From positions 161,262,001 to 161,326,000 of the forward strand of contig NC_042999.1 in NCBI RefSeq assembly GCF_006345805.1: a DNA stretch of 64,000 nt, in the 5' to 3' direction. Within the stretch, counting starts at the first letter, position 1. Each line of letters begins with the position of its first letter. The notes under the pieces are model-generated. The model saw only the letters and a list, made by a program, of their open reading frames with translations. It was not told where the DNA came from and searched no databases. Made by a program: the position numbers and the translations under genes. This DNA comes from Octopus sinensis (lineage: Eukaryota). Below are positions 54,437 through 64,000 of the stretch, piece after piece.

Positions 54437-54834
54437 CTAGCAGTATCCCCCGGCGTTGCTCGGGTTTGTAAGGGAAATAACTATATAAGCATTTTTAGAG
54501 ATGTAATGTATAATAGCCATCTCAATATAGCTAACCACAAAGGGGTGGGGTGTTGCTGTAGCTTTTTACGTTCTGAGATTTAATGATAAATTTTTAGAGA
54601 GTTACTTCCCTTATATATGCCAAAAATGCATTCTAAATGGGAAAAATTAATGGTAAATTTGTTTTAAAATCGTAGACTCATCGTAGACGCGCGCTAATAC
54701 CCAGAAGGGCTCGATATGAATCACGACTATAAGACACCCGGTTTTGGTTAAACTGCACCGCAAAATGTGGGAGTAGTTAGGAATCTAAATCGTAGGAGAC
54801 AGACACACAACCTCTCTTTTATATATAAAGAAGA
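54437..54834 (-). mobile_element. Non-autonomous Helitron
   Basis: Reverse complement of the same termini and hairpin; different internal segment. Confidence 0.85.
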
Positions 54835-54873
54835 TTTTCCGCAACCTCTAATTCTTGGTTATATTATAATATA

Positions 54874-55063
54874 GCCGGCGCGTTGTGTTCTTGAGCAAAA
54901 CACTTCATTTTACGTTGCTCCTGTTCCTCTTTCGGTGGGAATGTTGGCCTGCTCGCCTAGCCAGCGGGGTGGCGTCATTTAAAGGATAAAGCAATGTAAA
55001 ACACATTGTGACCAGCGATGTGTACCAACATCTGATAGCCTGGTCAGTCACGTGATCACGTGA
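54874..55063 (+). mobile_element. SINE-D variant, head truncated
   Basis: TTGTGTTCTTGAGCAA core and CACGTGATCACGTGA end. Confidence 0.7.
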
Positions 55064-56742
55064 TATTATGATATAAGCTTCACCAGATGGATTCGTCTAA
55101 GATCTACGAATATAATGTCTTCAGAACTTAGGCGTGAAATTTCACTTTCCAGAAAAGCAATGACGGTTATATTTTGTCGAAATGCATTAAAGACATAATA
55201 ATCAGAGCTAAAATACATTTCTTAAGAATGGTTGAAAATGTATTTAACAGCAATCACAAAGCATTTGGTTTGTTGGAGAAAATGATTCATCGTGATTTTC
55301 AAAGCTTTCTCAAAAGAGGCGAAACATTCGAAACTATGCAAACGAAGTTAGAATGAGGGGTTGATTCTCCGAGGTTTATCACTACACAACAGTTAGTAAG
55401 CAACGGACTGGATTCATGTAATTTGGAAGGAATACTCTAATAGTTGTTTAGCAGCAAGAGACAACTATGGAGAGTGTTTCGGCCTCACGTTGACTTCATC
55501 AGCGTTATATAGTCCTAACTTGTCTCCAGATTTGCCTTGGATATTTTACACATACAAAAAAAAAAAAAAAATGAGCTTAATGCATTTTTTCCAAGAAAGG
55601 TTTCAAATAAAAGACTCGATTGTTGCGACTTCACCTAGATGTAGGGTATCCAGGGAATGTTACCATACATAATGTCCTGTTTACTGGAGAAGTTTAACTC
55701 TGTATCGGAAGGCAACGAAACACTTGTAAACAAAGCAATACAGTTACTGCTGCCAGCGTTGATGTGTAGTTGTTCATTCTCTCTATTTACAGACAAACGA
55801 TCTTTGGCTACCAAACACTTATTTTTCAAATAGAAGATTCTTCTGTGTTGTTCCCATTCATCAATGTCTATGACAAAACTGCAAAGGCTTAAAATCTCAG
55901 CAAAAATTGTTGAAAAATAGTAAAATCTTTCCGAGACGGAATCTAGTTAATAAAACATTGAATCTAATAAAATGAATAATAAAATATTTGCTTTTGATGA
56001 TCCAAATTTGACGAATTTCTGCCAAAATGCACAGAACTAGAGGAATCTGAAATAGATTCAGTAGTTTTCGCATCTTCTGAACAGTCTATTGATATCGTTT
56101 CATGTCCCCAGTTTACAGCCCAATTTACTTCTATATTGTCTAATCCGGCGAAAAGTCAAAACGAAATTAGCCTGGCCTTAATTCTAATTAATTCCTTGAA
56201 ATCCGCAGATTTATGAAACTAACCACGGAAACAAACACGCTTGATGTCGGCCATTTTTGCAGAAACTATCATTGCTTGAAGTTACAGTGCAATGTGTGTG
56301 TGTGTGTGCGTGTGTGTATGTGTGTGTGTGTGTGAGTGCGTGCGTGTGTGTTTGTGTTGGCTTGTGTGGGGGTGTGCTTATCTGTTGTGCTATATGTATG
56401 AATTTCATGTGTGTGTCTGTGGTTTATGATGGCAGTTTTCCTGGAAACGGTCATTGCTTGAAGTTACAGTACGACTAATGTCTGAGTGTTGGTGTATATG
56501 TAAGCTTCATCTGCATAATCATTATACAGGCACATACACGTATACATACATGTAGACATACACACAAACATACATTCATGCACACATATCTATGTATGAT
56601 TGTGAGAGTATATGTCCATGTATATATATATGTACATCTGTGGATACACATGTATACGTAATTGTTTGTGCCTGTAAAACTCATACATGTAAGTGTAGTG
56701 TGTGTGTGTGTGTGTGTGCGTGCGTGTGTGTGGTGTGTGTGT

Positions 56743-56774
<32 letters not shown>

Positions 56775-57057
56775 CTGAGTAAGTTTCATGCCAGCCTTTT
56801 GTGCAGAAACCAGTCAATATGCTACAGTGAGTGTGTGTTTATATATCTGTTAGTACCGTAAGTATGTGTATATCTCTGTTTGGTGTGTCTCTGCGTATTG
56901 GTATAAGCGTATGAGTGTGATTCATTGCATGTAGGAGTGTATGAGCGTGTATGTGTGTCTATATGCGCACTTTTGCAAATATATTTCTGAACAGTGTGGA
57001 AACACTAGTGTGTGGGAGTTTTAATATGTGCATACACACATGTCTATACATGTGTGT

Positions 57058-57440
57058 GGAGGCGCAATGGCCCGGTGGTTAGGGCAGCGAACTCGCGGTC
57101 ATAGGATCGCGGTTTTGATTCCCAGACCGGGCGTTGTGAGTGTTTATTGAGCGAAAACACCTAAAAGCTCCACGAGGCTCCGGCAGGAGATGGTGGTGAT
57201 CCCTGCTGTACTCTTTCGCCACAACTTTCTCTCACTCTTACTTCCTGTTTCTGTTGTACCTGTATTTCAAGGGGCCGGCCTTGTCACTCTCTGTGTCACG
57301 CTGAATATCCCCGAGAACTACGTTAAGGGTGCACGTGTCTGTGGAGTGCTCAGCCACTTACACGTTAATTTCACGAGCAGGCTGTTCCGTTGATTCGGAT
57401 CAACCGGAACACTCATCGTCGTAACCGACGGAGTGCTTCC
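57058..57440 (+). mobile_element. SINE-C (tRNA-derived)
   Basis: GGAGGCGCAATGGCCCGGTGGTTAGG...GATTCCC head; ends CGTAACCGACGGAGTGC. Confidence 0.75.
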
Positions 57441-57509
57441 TATACATGTGTGCATACACATGCATGTGCATAAGCGTGTGCACATGCGAGTGGATGGCTT
57501 GTTGTAGGT

Positions 57510-57700
57510 GTGGTTTCAGTCATTCGATTGTGGCCATGCTGGAGCATCGCCTTGAAGGGTTTAGTCGAACAAATCGACTCCAGGACTTAATTTTTTCTAA
57601 GCGAGGTACTAAGACGGGTTACTTTTTTGTCCCTGAAACGCCCAGTTAAAGAGACGTAAACAAACCAACACCGGTTGTCAAGCAGGGTTTGGAGGGCAAG
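57510..57700 (-). mobile_element. SINE-A 3' half, diverged
   Basis: Reverse complement of the 3' module. Confidence 0.6.
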
Positions 57701-57778
57701 CACAAACAAAGGTACATACGCACACACACTCACATATACGTTGCATGTGTGTGTACGTGTGTGTGTATTTGTGTGTGA

Positions 57779-57823
<45 letters not shown>

Positions 57824-57825
<2 letters not shown>

Positions 57826-58225
57826 CGCAGGAGTGGCTGTGTGGTAAGTAGCTTGCTAACCAACCACATGGTTCCGGGTTCAGTCCCACTGCGTGGCATC
57901 TTGGGCAAGTGTCTTCTGCTATAGCCCCGGGCCGACCAATGCCTTGTGAGTGGATTTGGTAGACGGAAACTGAAAGAAGCCTGTCGTATATATATATAAG
58001 TGTGTGTGTATATGTTTGTGTGTCTGTGTTTGTCCCTCTAGCATTGCTTGACAACCGATGCTGGTGTGTTTACGTCCCCGTCACTTAGCGGTTCGGCAAA
58101 AGAGACCGATAGAATAAGTACTGGGCTTACAAAGAATAAGTCCCGGGTTCGATTTGCTCGACTAAAGGCGGTGCTCCAGCATGGCCGCAGTCAAATGACT
58201 GAAACAAGTAAAAGAGTAAAGGAGT
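57824..58225 (+). mobile_element. SINE-A, full length
   Basis: Complete head to tail. Confidence 0.9.
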
Positions 58226-59360
58226 ATATGATTCAAAAGTTATATGTCTAACTTTATTTCAATACGTTTCAGTGCATTTTAGTACAACTGGCAACTTTCC
58301 CTAAGATGGTGACTAACTACTAAATGGTGGTGTCAGCCATACTTAAAAATCGATCTTTTACTCAAGCATCACGCCTCTGACTTACAAAAGACACCACAAG
58401 AAAGATTGACGACATTTATACAGTTTTCGCGTTTATTAGTAGATTAGTAGCTTTAGTCAAAGTGAAGTGATTTAGCTGCAATCCCGAATCGAACGCAACT
58501 CTTGAGATTTTCTTTTGGTTTCTTCCACCTCAGTAACTTGCCATTTTTATGAGTCAACGTTGAAGCCTCTATATGGACACTTGAAATGTTAGAAGTAGCA
58601 GCTTAACAGCAAAATTTCTCTCAAATATCTTAAAGAACACGGTAGATAATGTTCTCTTCTATACTCTTTAACAGACAGGATTGTCACGGCTAGAATGCCT
58701 TGATCGTAAGAATTAGCCGAGGATGAAACATAAATAACAATAGCAACAACATTAAGAAAATCAGCAGCCACATCCGTTACGGCTTTAATTTGATTTTTTC
58801 ACTAAGACGAATTAATTGATGATGGATTTTGCATCCGACCGAATCAGTTCAGTAAATAAAAGGTGCTGTTGACCCCTAATGGCAGTTAAAATGTAAAGAC
58901 CCTTCTCTCCCCCGCCATAATACAATAAGACAATTTAATAATGTAAAATGTTTATTGTGCCACTCTAGCATTGGCCTAATATTGTCACGAATTAGACTCA
59001 GGTCAATAGAGTGAAACTATCATGGCACTATCACAGAGGCACATCAGTTCTGACAGAACACAGCTATGATCAAAGACGTTCCGCAAATGACGATCGCATC
59101 TGTTTATTTGTTTGTTTGCTTGTGTGTGTGTGTGTATGTGTGTGTGTGGAGAGAGAGAGAGAGAGTGGCACACACACATGCATACACACACATAATGGTT
59201 GGGTTTCATATGCAAAATATACATATACATATAGGCGCAGGCGTGGCTGTGGTGAGAGGCTTGCTTCCCAACAACATGGCTTCGGGTTCAGTCAAAGCCT
59301 TGTGAATGGATTTGGTAGACGGAAACTGAAAAACGTCCATCATGTATATATATGTATATA

Positions 59361-59634
59361 TCACGTGATCACGTGACCGACCAGACCATCAGATGTTACA
59401 CATCGCTGGTCACAATGCGTTCGCATTGTTTTAGCATTCCAATGACGCCACCACGCTGGCTAAGCGAGCAGGCCAACAGACGAAAGAGTAGGAGAAAGAG
59501 TGATGAAAGAGTACAGCAGGGAGCTTTTTAGGTGTTTTCGCTCAATAAACACTCACAACGCCCGGTCTAGGAATCGAAACCGAGATCCTACAACCGCGAG
59601 TCCGCTGCCCTAACCACTGAACCATTACGCCTCC
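59361..59634 (-). mobile_element. Chimeric SINE: SINE-C head with SINE-D-variant 3' end
   Basis: 5' part matches 57058-57180; 3' part matches 54950-55063. Confidence 0.7.
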
Positions 59635-59663
59635 ACACACACACACACACACACACACCACAC

Positions 59664-59696
<33 letters not shown>

Positions 59697-59913
59697 AGAC
59701 TTGTTTCAGTCATTTGATTGTGGCCATGCTGGAGCACCGCCTTTAATCGAGCAAATCTGCCCCAGGACATATTCTTTGTTAGCCTAGTACTTATTCTGTC
59801 AGTCTCTTTTGCCGAACCGCTAAGTTACGGGGATGTAAACACACAGCATCGGTTGTGAAGCGATGTTGGGGTGACAAACACACATACACACACAAATACA
59901 CACAAACACACAC

Positions 59914-59953
<40 letters not shown>

Positions 59954-60090
59954 CAAATCCACTCACAAGTCTTTGGTCGGCCCGAGGCTATAGCAGAAGA
60001 CACTTGCTCAAGGTGCCACACAGTGAGACTGAACCCGGAACCATGTGGTTGGTACGCAAGCTGCTTACCACACAACCATTCCTACGCCTA
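59697..60090 (-). mobile_element. SINE-A with internal deletion
   Basis: Both halves present around (AC)n. Confidence 0.8.
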
Positions 60091-60101
60091 TAGATACATA
60101 C

Positions 60102-60137
<36 letters not shown>

Positions 60138-60207
60138 TTGTAAAAAATGAAGTTTGAAAATGCTGCTACATTAGACAAATTTTTGATTTTTATATATACA
60201 TTATTTA

Positions 60208-60250
60208 TTTAACATGTTTCGGTTCTTGAAATGACGAACCTTATCAAAAA
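60208..60250 (-). ncRNA. Minimal type I HHR, U3:A8 variant, in the PLE 3' region
   Basis: UUU-UUGAUAA-GGUUC-(10 nt)-GAACC-GAAA-CAUG-UU-AAA; stem I weak and AU-only. Confidence 0.6.
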
Positions 60251-60541
60251 AAGTTTATATATAAAAAAGATAGTTCATGCTATCAAATATAAAAAATTCA
60301 TATATAATAAAAAATTCATATATAGTGAAGCGAGTCCATGCTATATGTTTAAAGAGTATGATGTAGTAGTTCATAGTGGTGATATGCATTCAATATAAAA
60401 AATTCATGTTCTTGAAAAAGCGAGGAATTCATTTTAGGTTTTACCTTGTGTTCCAATGGGAGCAACTGTGATGACTCTTGGTTGGTGTCTGTTCGAATAG
60501 TTCTGATGAATCTTGTGAAATGTTTGGGTTTTATATCACCT

Positions 60542-60830
60542 GTTAGGTGGCTAGTCCAGCGGAACGGGACGTCATCAAAGTTTTGACCAATCGTCTCGTT
60601 AGGTGGCTAGTCCAGCAGAGTGGGACGTCATCAATGTTTTGACCAATCAGAATCGGGTCTGACCTATAGCTGTATTAGATCTGACCTATGTCTGTATCCT
60701 GTTAGGTGGTTAGTCCAGCGGAACGTGACGTCATCACTGTTTTGACCAATCATCCCGTTAGGTGGCTAGTCCAGCAGAACGAGACGTCATCAATGTTTTG
60801 ACCAATCAGAATCGGGTCTGACCCTTAGCT
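60542..60830. promoter_or_regulatory. Four 56-bp units, each with CRE-like GACGTCA and CCAAT box
   Basis: Units at 60542, 60598, 60701 and 60757; perfect TGACGTCA at 60726; TGACCAATC in all four. Confidence 0.5.
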
Positions 60831-61062
60831 GTATCGTATGTGGAAACCGACCAAGCAGGGTGACAATAGATTGCTCACTGAGGTAATACGTCATCCGTTT
60901 CTTGACGAATCAGGATTAGATCTGCTCGTAGAGATCTTTTTATGAATTTTTTTCCCTTTCCCTAAGACATATTTCTGTCAGTGTGAGTGACTGTTTAAGG
61001 CAGCGGCCGTGGTGGAATTTCGCTTCTCCTTTTCGGAGGACCAATCTTTTGTTTTAATATTC

Positions 61063-61584
61063 CTAGCCCAGGGTGTTCAAACTTGGTCTAAATTTTTTGA
61101 TGAAATACAGTTCTTTATTTTGGCGTTGCGTGAAGGTTACGCTGTCACTGAATTTGTAAAGCGGGTAAGTTGTAAATTTCGGATTTACATTTCCAGCACA
61201 TCTATCTATGTGTCCGCTGACCGGTATTTTCCGGTATTCAGGGTTTCTAATTTGTGATTTATGCACCGCCATCCTGTTACGTAAGCTATTTTTTGTATGG
61301 CCTATATACTGCCTATTGCAGCCTGCGCATGTTATGACGTAAATTAAGTTTTCTGATGCGCAGGTGAAGTTTGCTCTAATGGTGAACTGATGGCCTTGTT
61401 CTAGTATAAATTCTGAACCTTCTATCAAGATGACACAGATTCCGCAGTTGGGCCTTCCACATTTTCTAACTGCTGGTTTTGTGGTTGATGTTGAGTGCAG
61501 TTTAGCTTGGGTTAAAATCCTTTTCAAGGATTTTGGTTGCCGTTTACTTTTAATGATGGTGTGTGTTTCGAGGATCCGGTTCAT
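61063..61584 (-). pseudogene. PLE GIY-YIG endonuclease with Cys-rich linker
   Basis: KCGRPNCGIC...NLIYVITCAGCNRQYIGHT...RMAVHKSQI...ELYFIKKF. Confidence 0.9.
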
Positions 61585-61726
61585 CTTTGGGTCTCCCTTT
61601 AGTAGGGCTGTGCTTTGTAGTATGGTGCTGAGGCCTCATTGTTGAGTGGGTTGTGTGTAGAGATGTAGGGAAGGGTCTTTAATTGTTCTTTCTTTTTTGG
61701 TTTTGTTTGTCTCAGGTCTTCTATAC

Positions 61727-62501
61727 TTATTTGAGTGCCCTTTGGATTGCACTGTCTATTAGGGGCTGTGGATAGTTTCTATTTGTGAGTGTGGTTCTAA
61801 GTTCCTGGAGACGTGTGTGTCGGGTGTTGGTGCCTGATATTATGGTGCAGATCCTTCTAGCTAAACAAAAAGGGACATTTATTCTAGTGTGTCGTGGGTG
61901 GCATGAATCAAAGGGTAGGTATTGTTTGGAGTCTGTCGGTTTATAGTAGATATCTGTCTCTATTTTGTTGCCGGTTTTCTTAATGAGGATGTCTAAAAAT
62001 GGTAATTCTTCTTCGTTATGACCCATCGTGAATTGTATATTATCATTTATTCCATTTAATAGTATTTTAAATTCCTCAAGTTCCTCTATACTTTTGTCCC
62101 AGATGATGAAACAGTCATCGAGGTATCTTTTCCAGTTGTTCTGGATATAGGTGGAGAAAGTGTTTCCAAATTTCTCGAGTGTTATCCGGTAGAGTATTTT
62201 CTCGAGGTATCCCATCACTAGGTTGGCAAAAGATGGTGCAGTACGCGTGCCCATCGCTGTTCCCGATCTTTGTCTGTAGAAATTATTGTCAAAAATAAAG
62301 TAATTGTTTTCTAAAATAAATCTAAGTCCTTCTATTATAAGGTCTTTGTTTATGCGAGTTGGGAGTTCAAAGGGGTAGTTATTCAGCCAGAAGGTGATCG
62401 CTTCTATTCCTAGGTTGTGAGGGATGTTAGAATAAAGATTAACTACGTCGAATGATACTAGAAGGGTTTTCTCATTGACTGTTTTAGGGAGGTGGTTGAG
62501 C

Positions 62502-62503
<2 letters not shown>
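61727..62503 (-). pseudogene. PLE reverse transcriptase (frameshifted from the endonuclease)
   Basis: SFDVVNLYSNIPH, GTAMGTRTAPSFANLVMG, WKRYLDDCF, LPFLDI, YYKPTD. Confidence 0.92.
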
Positions 62504-62545
<42 letters not shown>

Positions 62546-63335
62546 ATATATATGTATGTATGTATATACATATACATGTGTGTGTGTTTGCGTGTGTGTG
62601 TGCGTGTGTGTGCGTGTACGTGCGTGTGTGTGCCGGACTATAGGGTTATTCGCCAGCTATTTCTCGCGGATAAAATAACTGTGTGGAGAGCCAGCTCTGT
62701 TTAGTGCATACTGGTATTGGTTTTATCGATTCTTGAAAAGATGGAAATCAACCAAATGTAATCTGTGAATGACCTCAAATCGTAGGCATTTACTGTTCAG
62801 AAAGATTTTTAAAACATAACATCAGTGTCAAACAGAAAAGGCAAAGAGAAATTCTTTTTTGCTTTTATTTAGTAAATTTTTCTATCAAGACGATTATTCA
62901 AGTTGTAGAAATGGAATGGCTACTACAGAATCATAACCGGGGTTTTGGTTTTGGTCTTGGTTTACCAAACGCTTACAAAGATGTTCTATTATAACAAACT
63001 ATGCTGTCTTAGTTACCACGAAAGAAAATCTCACATTTGCTTTCTGGTGCAAAATGGACTCTTATTTATATCGCTACATGTCTCAAACGCTTACATCACG
63101 ACGTTCATCCTTGGCAAAAAGCTTAATATTTTATGAGAGAAAGAGAGACAAAGAAAGAGAGAGACAGAGAGACAGAGAGAGAAAGAGAGAGAGAGAGAGA
63201 GAAGATAGAGAAAGAGAGAGACAGAGAGAAAGAGAGAGACAGAGAGAAAGAAAGAGAGAGAGAGACAGAGAAAGAGAGAGAGAGAGAGAAAGAGAGAGAG
63301 ATAAAGAGAGACAGAGAAGAGAGAGAGAGAGAAAA

Positions 63336-63371
<36 letters not shown>

Positions 63372-63717
63372 TCAATGTTCATACTTAGCATTTCAGATGA
63401 GTTAAGTACATGTGAGAATCGCAACCGTGTCGCAGAATCATTTCATAGGGAAGTCAACCCATTTCACCGAAGTGTTCCCCATTAAATTAATTATTCTATA
63501 GTTATCATTAGTTTCATCATTTTTTTTCTTTTTACTTTTACACGGCTGGATATGTTCCCTCACCTTCTTAATTGACCCAAGTCACCGAGCCATAGATATG
63601 TGTGCAGAGTAAGTAGGATTCACTAACGCGAAATTTTCGCGGAAGTAGCCCCCTGCTACAACAATGTCCTAGCTGATAGTGACTTTCAGGATAAATTAAT
63701 ATATAACCACTCTAATA

Positions 63718-63800
63718 TTAACTGATTGGAAGTGTTATCATGTACATTTCGTATATTTTACCCCAGTGTCACTTTGATGGCATGCTCTGCTCGCTCACTC
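63718..63800 (+). mobile_element. Element X, 5'-truncated and internally deleted
   Basis: Joins ...CATGTACATT to TCGTATATTTT... (~430 bp deleted relative to the 42084 copy); (AAT)n tail. Confidence 0.8.
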
Positions 63801-63850
<50 letters not shown>

Positions 63851-63898
63851 GAAAAGAAGAAGAAGAAGAAGAAGAAGAAGAAGAAGAAGAAGAAGAAG

Positions 63899-64000
63899 AA
63901 ATGCCCCGTTGCAGTACTAGGCAGTGGTTTTCATGGCTTCTGACCTTAACTGATTGGAAGTGGTTATTATGTACATTGTTTTGTATGGGCTACAGCAAAT
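63899..64000 (+). mobile_element. Element X 5' end (runs off the window)
   Basis: AAATGCCCCGTTGCAGTACTAGGCAGTGG after (AAT)n(AAG)n. Confidence 0.8.

Larger units (their letters stand above)
60160..62503 (-). mobile_element. Penelope-like element (Naiad/Neptune-type linker), 5'-truncated
   Basis: RT followed by GIY-YIG, 3' non-coding region with tandem repeats and an HHR; truncated at (TA)n. Confidence 0.92.

Noticed and set aside
55070-55830. Short ORFs resembling decayed coding sequence
   Set aside because: Cannot be assigned to any gene or transposon family by eye.
57058-57135. tRNA gene
   Set aside because: tRNA-like A/B boxes continue into a SINE body and no full cloverleaf forms; likewise for 51720-51792 and the SINE-A heads.
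58589-58771. Hydrophobic 60-aa ORF as a GPCR fragment
   Set aside because: No diagnostic GPCR motif; stops on both sides.
60503-60525. CTGATGA...GAAA on the plus strand as an HHR
   Set aside because: No stem II or stem I pairing and no NUH site after a stem III.
60542-60830. Repeat array as CRISPR
   Set aside because: Eukaryotic context, no unique spacers, no cas genes; the same applies to the 41-bp array at 49877.

Overview
Repeat-saturated, AT-rich eukaryotic DNA. The SINE families and extreme microsatellite load suggest an octopod cephalopod (Octopus-like); this is inference from recognition, not a database result. No complete host gene, rRNA, true tRNA or CRISPR array is supportable; three low-confidence orphan exon candidates are listed. 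Content: four tRNA-derived SINE types; a same-orientation stack of R4/Dong-type LINEs in (TAA)n tracts, including one near-intact ~3.7-kb ORF; an unnamed ~560-bp non-coding (TAA)n-flanked retroelement; a Tx1/L1 LINE with a 5' inversion; Penelope-like elements (PLE); one decayed mariner; four modular non-autonomous Helitrons. Most notable: several type I hammerhead ribozyme (HHR) motifs. One, with the compensatory U3:A8 core, occupies the 55-bp loop of a near-perfect 176-bp-arm hairpin inserted between (TAA)n tracts (42734-43187), a candidate ribozyme-bearing fold-back retroelement. Coordinates were read by eye; repeat boundaries may be off by tens of bases. SINE-A to -D, element X and Dong-like A to C are working labels.
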